DNA of 64,000 bases from Bacteroidales bacterium (GTDB lineage: Bacteria > Bacteroidota > Bacteroidia > Bacteroidales > WCHB1-69). Below the pieces are notes generated by a model. It saw nothing but the letters and a program-made list of their open reading frames with translations, was not told where the DNA came from and ran no database searches. Position numbers and translations under genes: made by a program. Below are positions 49,412 to 59,778 of this stretch, piece by piece. Position 1 is the first letter of the stretch; each line of letters starts with the position of its first letter. The stretch lies in the NCBI GenBank assembly GCA_017615595.1, contig JAFZZT010000005.1:36244-100243 (forward strand). Direction: 5' to 3'.

Positions 49412-50617
49412 ATGGCAAAAGTATTGATTATTGGAGCTGGCGGCGTAGGAGCCGTGGTAGCCCACAAATGCGCTTCCGTTCCCGAAGTGTTCACAGAAAT
49501 CGTTCTGGCATCCCGCACAAAATCCAAATGCGACAAGATAGCCGCGGAAATCGGTGGCAATCGCATCGTTACCGATCAGGTGGATGCAGACAATGTTCCC
49601 GAGACCATCAAGTTGATAGAGAAGCATCGTCCTGATCTGTTGATCAATGTGGCATTGCCTTATCAGGATCTGCCATTGATGGACGCCTGTTTGGCCACGA
49701 AAACGAACTATATGGACACGGCCAATTATGAGCCTCGCGACAAAGCGAAATTCGAATATAGCTGGCAATGGGCCTATCAAGACCGATTCAAAGAGGCTGG
49801 CATCATGGCTTTGCTGGGTTGCGGCTTCGATCCCGGTGTGACCAGCATCTATACTGCCTACGCCGCCAAACATTATTTCGATGAGATTCACTATTTGGAC
49901 ATTGTCGATTGCAATGCCGGCGACCACGGCAAGGCGTTTGCCACCAACTTCAACCCCGAAATCAACATCCGCGAGATCACGCAGCGCGGCAAATACTGGG
50001 AGAATGGCCAATGGGTGGAGATTGATCCCATGTCCATCCATCGTCCGGTGGATTACCCCAACATTGGCGAGCGCGAATCCTATCTGCTCTATCACGAGGA
50101 GCTGGAGTCGTTGGTGAGAAGCTATCCGACCATCAAGCGCGCCAGATTCTGGATGACCTTCGGCCAGAAGTACATCACCGTGCTCAACGTGTTGCAGGAG
50201 ATCGGCATGACCAGCATCAAGCCCATCAAATATCAAGGCATTGACATTGTGCCGTTGCAGTTCTTGAAAGCCGTTCTGCCAGAGCCTTCCTCTCTGGGCG
50301 AGGGCTATCACGGACAGACCTCTATCGGTTGCCAAATCCGTGGCATTAAAGACGGGAAAGAGCGCACCTACTATGTCTGGAACAACTGCGACCATGCTGC
50401 TTGCTTCAAGGAGATCGGCGCCCAGGCGGTTTCTTACACCACCGGCGTCCCGGCCATGTTGTGCGCCAAGATGATCCTTACCGGAACCTGGAAAGGCGAG
50501 GGCGTCTTCAATGTGGAGCAGTTCGACCCCGATCCATTCATGAAGGAGATAGGTGGTTACGGATTGCCTTGGAACGAGCAGATCGACAAGCCGCTGCCCG
50601 TCTATGCACACGAGTAG
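49412..50617 (+). CDS. Saccharopine dehydrogenase-family enzyme, probably carboxynorspermidine dehydrogenase/synthase
   Basis: MAKVLIIGAGGVGAVVAHKCA...IVLASRTKSKCDKI, then LGCGFDPGV. The length and N-terminus match polyamine-pathway CANSDH. No nspC lies adjacent. Confidence 0.75.
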   Translation: MAKVLIIGAGGVGAVVAHKCASVPEVFTEIVLASRTKSKCDKIAAEIGGNRIVTDQVDADNVPETIKLIEKHRPDLLINVALPYQDLPLMDACLATKTNYMDTANYEPRDKAKFEYSWQWAYQDRFKEAGIMALLGCGFDPGVTSIYTAYAAKHYFDEIHYLDIVDCNAGDHGKAFATNFNPEINIREITQRGKYWENGQWVEIDPMSIHRPVDYPNIGERESYLLYHEELESLVRSYPTIKRARFWMTFGQKYITVLNVLQEIGMTSIKPIKYQGIDIVPLQFLKAVLPEPSSLGEGYHGQTSIGCQIRGIKDGKERTYYVWNNCDHAACFKEIGAQAVSYTTGVPAMLCAKMILTGTWKGEGVFNVEQFDPDPFMKEIGGYGLPWNEQIDKPLPVYAHE

Positions 50618-50640
50618 CCAGTAGCTGCCAACATCTGACA

Positions 50641-50679
50641 AGGTGCAAGTTTTTAGGATAAGACTTGCACCTTTTTTTA
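50641..50679 (+). terminator. Intrinsic terminator after the carboxynorspermidine dehydrogenase gene
   Basis: AGGTGCAAGT-(12-nt loop)-ACTTGCACCT, followed by TTTTTTT. Confidence 0.75.
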
Positions 50680-50813
50680 TGCGATATGTTTTATGCGGAA
50701 AAAAGCAGAAACGACAAAAAACACGACAATAGAGCCATTGTCTTTGTAATTCATTAAAAATCAATATGTTTTACTAAAAATCCTATTATTGTTCTTCACT
50801 TGGATTTTTTTTA

Positions 50814-50821
50814 TATTTTTG
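50814..50821 (+). promoter_or_regulatory. -7 element TATTTTTG upstream of guaB
   Basis: Matches TAnnTTTG, 23 nt upstream of the ATG at 50844. Confidence 0.5.
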
Positions 50822-50831
50822 CGCGTAATAA

Positions 50832-52325
<1,494 letters not shown>

Positions 52326-52362
52326 TCGTTGGATAAACAACGGTTGTTTTCGTTATAAAAAA

Positions 52363-52400
52363 AACCGACAGTGGATCTTTTCCATTGTCGGTTTTTTGTT
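52363..52400. terminator. Bidirectional terminator between convergent guaB and endonuclease I genes
   Basis: AACCGACAGTGGA-tcttt-TCCATTGTCGGTT (one mismatch), flanked by an A-run and a T-run. Confidence 0.7.
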
Positions 52401-52425
52401 TTGGATGTCATGCACGGCGTCCAAG

Positions 52426-53496
52426 CTATTGTTTGACGATCTTTTTAATGGCGCCATGCTGGTCGTTGTACAGATGCAGCAGATAGACGCCTTTGGGCAG
52501 CGGGTCAAGGGGCACGGTGATGTTTCCATCCTCTTCGCTGATGGTAGAGGTCCAGAGAATCTGTCCGGTGAGACTCACCAGCGAGCACTGGATCGGCTCG
52601 TAGGTGTCGCTAACGGTGACATGCACATAATCGGTGGCCGGATTCGGGAAGACGGTGCAGACGGCGAACAGGTAATCGTCAAGGGCAGTCTGGAAGTTCA
52701 CCAGCGTGTCGCTTCCGAAGATCATATTGGCCAGCTGGGGAAAATCGATGAACGGGTTGCGGTTGTGCTGGATGGCATAGACGGCATTGTTCCGGTCTAT
52801 CTCCTTCTGGCTCACGGGGTCTTCGGCGCACCAGGCCAGCAGCATCTGCAGCGCCCAGGGCTTGAGGGAGCCCCCGTCGTACATAGACTGGTCATATCCG
52901 AGGTTTTTGTCCATATAGCAGACAGCCATATAGAGGTAGGTGCGAGCCAGGTCTCCCTTGTAGGCATCGATGGGTTCAAAGGCCTGTCCGCTATAGCCAC
53001 TGACCGAGCAGGAGCCCACCTTGGAGCCGTTGAGACTGGTCCAGGAAGGGTTGTTCACCTCGCCTAAAGGCAGGTTGCCGCGTTTGTTGTTCACCCAACC
53101 GTCAGTAGGGTAGATATGGAAGAGGTCGGTGTACATGGGGGTGGCGTCGTTGAACCAGCTTTTGGGCACGGAGTGTTCGCGGTTGTAGCAGTCGCCCTCT
53201 GAATTATAGTTGCCGCACTGGTCGGTGCCGAAGTTGTAGAGGTAGGGGGCTTGACCATTTGGATTGTCGGAATAGATATCCCACACCTTGCCATCCGGGC
53301 GTGCGTCCGTGGAGTAAAAATCCGACCACAGGGCGCTATAGGACTCTTGAGAATGGTTTTTGATGATGTTGTGCAATGCTACGCGCAAGGCATAGCCATG
53401 TTTGTTCACCGCTGTTTGATAGTAGCTGGCAGGAACCTGGGCTGTTAAAGAGAGGGAACCCATTACTAATAATATCCAGAAGAAGCGTTTCATCAT
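52426..53496 (-). CDS. Extracellular endonuclease I-family nuclease with a T9SS type-A C-terminal domain
   Basis: It has a signal peptide, Endonuclease I blocks (YNREHSVPKSWF, HIYPTDGWVNNKRGNLPLGEV, HNRNPFIDFP), and a sorting domain (TVFPNPATDYVHVTV...GVYLLHL...KKIVKQ). Confidence 0.8.
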   Translation of the reverse strand: MMKRFFWILLVMGSLSLTAQVPASYYQTAVNKHGYALRVALHNIIKNHSQESYSALWSDFYSTDARPDGKVWDIYSDNPNGQAPYLYNFGTDQCGNYNSEGDCYNREHSVPKSWFNDATPMYTDLFHIYPTDGWVNNKRGNLPLGEVNNPSWTSLNGSKVGSCSVSGYSGQAFEPIDAYKGDLARTYLYMAVCYMDKNLGYDQSMYDGGSLKPWALQMLLAWCAEDPVSQKEIDRNNAVYAIQHNRNPFIDFPQLANMIFGSDTLVNFQTALDDYLFAVCTVFPNPATDYVHVTVSDTYEPIQCSLVSLTGQILWTSTISEEDGNITVPLDPLPKGVYLLHLYNDQHGAIKKIVKQ

Positions 53497-53512
53497 GTTA
53501 TATTTGTGCTTG

Positions 53513-53520
53513 CAAAAATA
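53513..53520 (-). promoter_or_regulatory. -7 element (TATTTTTG on the minus strand) upstream of the endonuclease I gene
   Basis: The plus strand reads CAAAAATA, 17 nt upstream of the ATG at 53496. Confidence 0.45.
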
Positions 53521-53670
53521 ACAAATTATACTTTGCAGGGGAGTTTAAATTTTAGATGATTATGTACATTATGACACAAACACTATTTCGCGGCGGCACG
53601 CGATGTCATTCATGTTGGCTTGTTTTTTGCTTTCCACATAATGACAATATAGTCGTATGTAATGAGGGTG

Positions 53671-53708
53671 AAAAAGAGGCCGGCCAAAAGTAATTTTGGC
53701 CGACCTCT
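53671..53708 (-). terminator. Strong hairpin terminator downstream of the 1336-aa T9SS cargo gene
   Basis: AGAGGCCGGCCAAAA-gtaa-TTTTGGCCGACCTCT (14 of 15 bp paired), with a T-run on the minus strand. Confidence 0.75.
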
Positions 53709-53735
53709 TTGCCATAGAGGTTTTGAAACCCATGA

Positions 53736-56700
53736 CTATTGTTTCACCAGCTTCAGATAATGGACCTGATGATCGGAGGTGGTCACGCGGACGATGTAGG
53801 AGGCCTTGGCGAGGCGGCCGATGTTGAAACGACAGTCGTTGCGATAGTCAGCGACCCGGGCGCCCTGCATGGTGAGGACGGCGATTTCCGCCACCTCCCC
53901 GGGTGCCACACCCATCACCGTCACCTCCCCGTCAGCTGGATTCGGGGCAAGCCACAACTTCCCGGATGGCGGGGTGTCCGCCTGTAGACTCCTGGTCGTG
54001 TCGTTGTCGGCAGTGCTGGAGTCGGACAGCTGTCGGAAGTCTTCGGGGATCACATAAAGATAGTCCGAAGCGTACAAGCAATCCTGCAGGTGGCACAGCT
54101 TCTCCCCGTCGAGGCAGAGAATGGCGTGAATGCATATCTCCTCGCCCGCCATCGCCATCTGGGTCAAACGTCCGTGGCCGAGCATCAGTAACGCGTCCAC
54201 ATCCGTGTACGGCTGGTAGTTGTACGACAGCAGCTGGGGTGGGTCGCTCCACATCGTCAGGATGTCCAGCGTGTTGGAAGGTAACTCCAGATAGACGTTG
54301 AAATATGATGTCTGGAGCAAGGTGCTAAGCGCACTCAGAAAGGTTGCGTCCTCCTGCACGGCGTAGCAGTCGTCCAGATGACAGTCCTGCCAGTCGAAGT
54401 ATTCCGAGAAAACGAGTTCGCAGTCGTCCAAGTCGCTGACCAGCGTGAACTCAATATAGGGGTTGGCAAAGTCCAAAAATTCCAAGGAGACAGTGATGGC
54501 ATTGCTTCCGTTGGCCGGGACGGTGACAGGCAGCGTGTTGACCGACAGGACGTTGCTGGCGTTATGGAATGACAGTTGGTCAAAGACCATGGCCTGGGAG
54601 CTGTTGTTGTGAATGGTGACGGTCATGGAATAAAGCAGGGTGCAGTTGTTCTCGAGGCACTTCTTGTCCACACTAACCTCCACATTGTCGCAGGGGCAGA
54701 CATCCAGCTGGGCAATGTCCAATGCCGGGGATATGGCCTCGCATCCGTTGCCGTATTGCGCCCTCAACACATACTCCCCCCAGACGTTGACAGGCAGGTT
54801 GGCATACGTGGTTGTGCCCTGGTCGATGGGGATGTCGTCCTCCAGCCAGTACCACAGCAGGTCATCGCTGTCGTATGGGTAGAGGTTGTACACGGGCAGG
54901 ACGGCGGGCAGGTCCTCGTCGCATATCTCATAGCAGCCTGTGAGCAGGGCGCCGAAGTTCGGGGCGGGCGGGATGAAGAGATACTTCCTTTCGGACGGGC
55001 ATCCGCTCAACGGGTCGAGGTAGTACGCCGACAGGAATCCCGGCACATAGTAGTCGGCCGACACGCCGTGGTATCCGTTGCTCCACAGCAGGCTCTGGTT
55101 GGCGGTGGAATGGACGTTGACGGGCGGCGTGTGTATGCATTCGTTGTTGTAGAAGGCGATGGAAGGGGGTGCCGGCTGTGGGTGCACGGTGACCGTGGCC
55201 GTGGCTGTGGTCGAGCAGCCGTCAGTCTGGTTGGTGACGGTGAGGGTGGCCTGATAGACGCCTGCCAGCGTGGGCGTGAAACTGATGTTGGGGGTGCTGA
55301 AGGTGTAGCTGGCAGGCCCGGTGACACTCCACGCATACTGGTTGGAGGACCCCGTGTTGCCGTTCAGCCTCACCTCCTCGCCGAAACAATACTCGGTGCT
55401 GCCGGTGATGCTGGCTGTGGGCGCGTTTAGGAAACCGACATTCGTTATTCTTTCCACTTTGCATCCGGCCGTATTGGTGACAAAAACATAGTAATCCCCC
55501 GTCTGATACGTATTATAAAAAGAAGAAGTGACTCCAATGGGTGAATATTCCCAATAATAAGTACACAGGGGGTGATTTGGTGTGATGTGAATTTGTCTAA
55601 TACTTCCTGGACATACAGGTGATCCTATGCTTGAAAGCATAACATCGTTTAGTTGGTTAATAATTATATTTACAGCAACTGACTGAGATGTGGCACAGCC
55701 GTCCACATTCGAGACGGTCAAGGTCGCGTATGAGGAATTGTTGAAAGCGTGGTAAATGCTGTTCCCGTACTGGTACGTTCCGTCCCCGAACTGCCACCGG
55801 AAGACACTGCCCGTGGCGTTGGCGGAGAACAGGTACGGCGTTTTCTGGCACATCTGGGCCGGGACGTTCAGGCTGGTTATGTGGGGCAGATAGTCTATGG
55901 CCAGCGTCCGGGTCGCCTGGCACTGGTGCCCGTTGGAGAGCGTCACGGTATAGACGACATGGTTCGTCACGCCCTCCTGGAAAGCGGCAAAGGGTATGGA
56001 GACCCCGTTGAAGCTGTTGTCCACGTAGTTCGTCTCCAGCACCTCCAGCTTCCTGGAGGTGACGGTGACGCCCGCAAGGCACAGGGTCCTGTCCACGAAC
56101 CCCGCGGGGTTGTCGCACATATAGAGGATGGAGAAGTCGGGCACGCACTCTATTGTCACCAGGGTCTCCCCGTGGTGGCACTGGCCGCCCACGGTCGTCC
56201 CCGCCACCACGGTATAGACACCCGGATAGCTGAAGACCAGCGAGGCGGAGTAGTCGTCCTGATAGTCGAAGCCGTTGCCGGGTATCTGCGGGCTCACGGA
56301 CCAGGACACCGTGCCGCCAGTGGTGTTAGTCAACGACACGTTCGCCGTTGTGCAGTTTACCATGGCCGTGCACGGCATGGTGATACAGCTGCTCGAGCTG
56401 CCGCCCGCCACGGAGACGCACCCCGAGGCGGAGCAGTAGGGGGCGGTCGTGTAGGTCACGGTGCAGCAATAGACGCCCGCGGTGGCGCTGGGATAGACGC
56501 TGCCCTGCACCTGCGGCTGCGCCACCCCGTCCTTGGACCAGCTGTATGTCGCGTTGGGATAGGCCACCACCCCCACATCCTGTCCGTCAAAATAGGGCGC
56601 GGCCACCGGCGGCTCCACCACCTCCACGGTGCCGTGGACCTCCACGGCCGGGCACTGGGGGAACGGCTGGTAGCTCAGGGTGAAGGGGTGCGTGCCGGAC

Positions 56701-57746
56701 TGGGTGAAGAGATGCGCGGCGGTGCTTCCCACGACAGTGCCTCCTCCGACATGCCATGTGTAGTCGGACGGGTTCGTGACCGTCGAGGTCACGGCGAAGG
56801 AGGCGCTGCTCCCGAGGCAGACGGGCGTGCTGCAGGAGACGGTGGGGGCGGGGGCGTCCATCGTGGTCAGGACGAAGGTCTCCACATACTCCAGCCCCGA
56901 GCAGCATATCCTCTTCAGTGTCACCACCGCCGTGGCGGGCTGGTGGCTGGTGAGGTGGCTGGCCAGGAGGGTGACGTCGTTGCTGAGGTGGTCGCTCTGG
57001 ACGACCGCCACCCCGGCGGGCGACACCGTCCACTCGTACAGGACGTTGTCCTGCAGGGGGACGACGATGTTGTGGCTCTCACCCGCGCATAAGGCGAGGG
57101 AGGAAGGCAGGCCTGACGGTGCCAGGACGAAGGGGGCCACCGCATGCACATAGGCGGCGGAGCGGCATCCGTTCTCGCCGTCCACCTGATAGACGGCCAC
57201 GTTGCAGACGTCGTTCCCGTAGCTGATGGTCACCTCGTCCCCGTCCACCGATGACGGCGTGGCCGTGGCGCACACCGGTTCCCACTCCAGGTAGAAGGAG
57301 GGGTGTGTCGGGGTGCCGGCCAGCAGGATGGAGCTGCCCGTGCATGCCTCGTGGGGGCCGCTCGTGGCGGTCAGGGCCGGCGGGCCCGCCAGCACGGAGA
57401 CCCAGCACTCCGCCCCGTCGCAATAGAGGCTGCCCGAGGCCGTCACCCGGTAGCTGCCCGCCGTGGTAAACGTGTAGTCCAGCGATACGCCGGCGGCGGT
57501 GTACAGCAGCGTGTTGTCCTGGCTGTACACCGCCCAGGTCACCGTGTTGCCGTGGTAGGTGCCGTAATGCCCCGTGGCGCCCGCGCACAGGGTGCGGTCC
57601 ACCGTGTTGACGCTCATGGTGTCCTTCACCACCACGGTCTTGGTCGAAGTGTACGGTCCGCAACCGATGAACTCGCATGCATGACAGGCGTACTGCATAC
57701 TGCAGATTAACAGCACAAGGAATAGGGAAGGGCCTTTTCTCTTCAC
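53736..57746 (-). CDS. Giant Cys-rich secreted protein built from PKD/Ig-like repeat modules, with a T9SS type-A C-terminal domain
   Basis: 1336 aa. It has a signal peptide (MKRKGPSLFLVLLICSMQYA), a PKD signature (FRWQFGDGTYQYG...ATLTVSNVDGC), recurring ...Y.W......AGVY.(A/C)T(L/V)TVT....GC... modules, and a sorting domain (LWLAPNPADGEVTVMG...ASYIVRV...YLKLVKQ). Confidence 0.75.
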   Translation of the reverse strand: MKRKGPSLFLVLLICSMQYACHACEFIGCGPYTSTKTVVVKDTMSVNTVDRTLCAGATGHYGTYHGNTVTWAVYSQDNTLLYTAAGVSLDYTFTTAGSYRVTASGSLYCDGAECWVSVLAGPPALTATSGPHEACTGSSILLAGTPTHPSFYLEWEPVCATATPSSVDGDEVTISYGNDVCNVAVYQVDGENGCRSAAYVHAVAPFVLAPSGLPSSLALCAGESHNIVVPLQDNVLYEWTVSPAGVAVVQSDHLSNDVTLLASHLTSHQPATAVVTLKRICCSGLEYVETFVLTTMDAPAPTVSCSTPVCLGSSASFAVTSTVTNPSDYTWHVGGGTVVGSTAAHLFTQSGTHPFTLSYQPFPQCPAVEVHGTVEVVEPPVAAPYFDGQDVGVVAYPNATYSWSKDGVAQPQVQGSVYPSATAGVYCCTVTYTTAPYCSASGCVSVAGGSSSSCITMPCTAMVNCTTANVSLTNTTGGTVSWSVSPQIPGNGFDYQDDYSASLVFSYPGVYTVVAGTTVGGQCHHGETLVTIECVPDFSILYMCDNPAGFVDRTLCLAGVTVTSRKLEVLETNYVDNSFNGVSIPFAAFQEGVTNHVVYTVTLSNGHQCQATRTLAIDYLPHITSLNVPAQMCQKTPYLFSANATGSVFRWQFGDGTYQYGNSIYHAFNNSSYATLTVSNVDGCATSQSVAVNIIINQLNDVMLSSIGSPVCPGSIRQIHITPNHPLCTYYWEYSPIGVTSSFYNTYQTGDYYVFVTNTAGCKVERITNVGFLNAPTASITGSTEYCFGEEVRLNGNTGSSNQYAWSVTGPASYTFSTPNISFTPTLAGVYQATLTVTNQTDGCSTTATATVTVHPQPAPPSIAFYNNECIHTPPVNVHSTANQSLLWSNGYHGVSADYYVPGFLSAYYLDPLSGCPSERKYLFIPPAPNFGALLTGCYEICDEDLPAVLPVYNLYPYDSDDLLWYWLEDDIPIDQGTTTYANLPVNVWGEYVLRAQYGNGCEAISPALDIAQLDVCPCDNVEVSVDKKCLENNCTLLYSMTVTIHNNSSQAMVFDQLSFHNASNVLSVNTLPVTVPANGSNAITVSLEFLDFANPYIEFTLVSDLDDCELVFSEYFDWQDCHLDDCYAVQEDATFLSALSTLLQTSYFNVYLELPSNTLDILTMWSDPPQLLSYNYQPYTDVDALLMLGHGRLTQMAMAGEEICIHAILCLDGEKLCHLQDCLYASDYLYVIPEDFRQLSDSSTADNDTTRSLQADTPPSGKLWLAPNPADGEVTVMGVAPGEVAEIAVLTMQGARVADYRNDCRFNIGRLAKASYIVRVTTSDHQVHYLKLVKQ

Positions 57747-57765
57747 AACACGTTGACCTTATGTG

Positions 57766-59778
57766 TTAATAACGTTCTTTGACAAACTTGCCGGTGTATG
57801 TCTTCCCCGCGCACTCCACCTTGACCACATACATCCCGTCCGACAGCGCCGACACGTCCACCTCGCACCTGTTGCCGGAGACCGGCCTCGCCAGCAGCTC
57901 CCTCCCGCTCAGGTCCGACACCGCGATCCGCTCCACGGGCGCCTCCCCGTTCTCTATGTGGAGAAGGCCGCCGGTGGGGTTGGGGTATATTCTGACGGGG
58001 CTGGGCGCCTCATGCTGTGCCACACCGGTGGAGTCCACCGGATAGGGGGTCAGGATGGAGGGGTCGTAACGGCAGGCGATCATCGCGTGGCTGCGTTGAT
58101 GGTCGTCGAAGTAGAGGGAGATGTCCTGCCCGAAGGTGGGGTCCTGGTTGCAGACAAAATTGCACAGGATACGGCCGTCATCGTTGAACAATACTCTCTC
58201 TCCCCTTGTGGCATTGTTGTTGGTCATGTAGATGGTGTCCGCCCGCTCGAAGGTGCCGTCAATGTTGAAATGAGCCAGCAGATAGTTTTTGTCGGGATAC
58301 AGCCTTTGCATTGGCAGGAAGGCCAGGTGGTTGTTGATGACGGCCGGTGTTGCGGGGAGTCCCAGGGATGTCACAGTTTGCCCGTCCGGCACCACCCCGA
58401 AACTCTCGAAATGGCCGTCCTGGCTGTTGAACCGAACAAAAAGCGTGGAGTACTCGGGAACGATGACCGCATTGTCCTCGTTGTCGAAATAACAGAAACC
58501 TTCCATCTCTGGGATTGGGAATCTGGTGTACATTCCTACAAGATAAACGCTGTTGTTGTAGTATGTATTGTCGGTCCACACGATACTGTTTGTGGCACCG
58601 GTACTGGGGGATCCTTTCATGTAAGCCTGGTTCGACCACAGAACGTTGCCGTCCGAATCATACTTGATGATAAAAGGCAAGCTCCAAGAAAGCCCTGGAT
58701 CGTCCACGGTCGCATAATGGGTGCTGTCCCAGTAAAAAAGCATGGGATATTGATTGTATTCATTCATTAAAAACATTTCCCCTATGTAGCCGGACAGATA
58801 CAAATTATCCTCGTCGTCAATACTCAAGCCATAAACATAGGAGTTATAATACGGATTAATCGTGTCATAGGGCAAATACATATACGGTGAAACTCCTACT
58901 GTATGATCCACAAGGTGTTTTGCCCATAGTAAATCAAAATCTGGAGAAAATTTGAATAACATCATATTCGATATCCCAGTTGAATCGCACGATCCAGGTA
59001 AATAACAATCATACATCTTGGTTGAGTCTTCGTCAATCATAATAGTCAATGGAAGAGAATCAGGGCCATCATATACCATGGATGTTGCCATGTAAATATT
59101 ACTGTGGCTGTCTATGCACATCGGGCATTCTCCTGCTCCATTATGGATGGGATAATCAAATCTGTTCTCTTGGCGCCGAGACAGTATCTTTACAAAGTGA
59201 TTCTCCAAGACATTCCCGTCCAAATCCAGCACGGAAAAGAAACTGTATAATCCCAACGAATAAGGTGGATGGCACTCTCCGGTCATCCAGTATGCTTGGG
59301 CTGTCTGCTGCGTTACAAGCGTGTCCAAAAACCACAGATTCTCATTCATACTGTAGTCAAAATAGTACTGGCCTGCAATGTAAATCCGGTTGCCGTGCAG
59401 AACCATGTCGTAGGGTTGGCATTCCCCCTGCTTTGATTTTTTGACCATTCGGCTCCACTGATAGTTTCCCAGAGAATCAAACTTCACCAGGACACATCCT
59501 CGTGTGTTTGCCGCCACCACAGGGGCGATGTCGGAAAACCAGGTTGACGTGGTTTGGTCGTAAAGTCTCGCGTTGCCGCCTATGCTGCCGTACACATACA
59601 CATTGCCGTCGTCGTCAAAGGCGGTGCTCACCACATGGTTGAGGCGATGGTTGCTGTCGAACGGGTCGTCGTTTCCTGTCCAATAGTTGACCCACATCCA
59701 CTCGCCTTGCGAAAAGGCTGTCTGGGCAACGCAGAGGGCAAATAGGAATGTAAGCAAAAAGGGTATGCGTTTTTTCAT
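57766..59778 (-). CDS. Secreted beta-propeller-like repeat protein with a T9SS type-A C-terminal domain
   Basis: The start at MKKRIPFLLTFLFALCVAQTAFSQ gives a signal peptide. It has repeated ...(K/L)(F/Y)DSxGNxxW(S)... strands (KFDSLGNYQWS, LDLDGNVLEN, KYDSDGNVLWS) and a sorting domain (VRIYPNPTGGLLHIENG...GMYVVKV...GKFVKERY). It lies 19 nt upstream of the giant gene. Confidence 0.65.
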   Translation of the reverse strand: MKKRIPFLLTFLFALCVAQTAFSQGEWMWVNYWTGNDDPFDSNHRLNHVVSTAFDDDGNVYVYGSIGGNARLYDQTTSTWFSDIAPVVAANTRGCVLVKFDSLGNYQWSRMVKKSKQGECQPYDMVLHGNRIYIAGQYYFDYSMNENLWFLDTLVTQQTAQAYWMTGECHPPYSLGLYSFFSVLDLDGNVLENHFVKILSRRQENRFDYPIHNGAGECPMCIDSHSNIYMATSMVYDGPDSLPLTIMIDEDSTKMYDCYLPGSCDSTGISNMMLFKFSPDFDLLWAKHLVDHTVGVSPYMYLPYDTINPYYNSYVYGLSIDDEDNLYLSGYIGEMFLMNEYNQYPMLFYWDSTHYATVDDPGLSWSLPFIIKYDSDGNVLWSNQAYMKGSPSTGATNSIVWTDNTYYNNSVYLVGMYTRFPIPEMEGFCYFDNEDNAVIVPEYSTLFVRFNSQDGHFESFGVVPDGQTVTSLGLPATPAVINNHLAFLPMQRLYPDKNYLLAHFNIDGTFERADTIYMTNNNATRGERVLFNDDGRILCNFVCNQDPTFGQDISLYFDDHQRSHAMIACRYDPSILTPYPVDSTGVAQHEAPSPVRIYPNPTGGLLHIENGEAPVERIAVSDLSGRELLARPVSGNRCEVDVSALSDGMYVVKVECAGKTYTGKFVKERY

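Noticed and set aside
53556-53693. 45-codon plus-strand ORF (MIMYIMTQTLFRGGTRCHSCWLVFCFPHNDNIVVCNEGEKEAGQK) between the endonuclease gene and the giant cargo gene
   Set aside because: Its 3' end runs into the terminator hairpin of the convergent giant gene. The nearby TACTTTG does not fit TAnnTTTG spacing, and there is no family resemblance. It stays only a weak possibility of a Cys-rich micro-protein.
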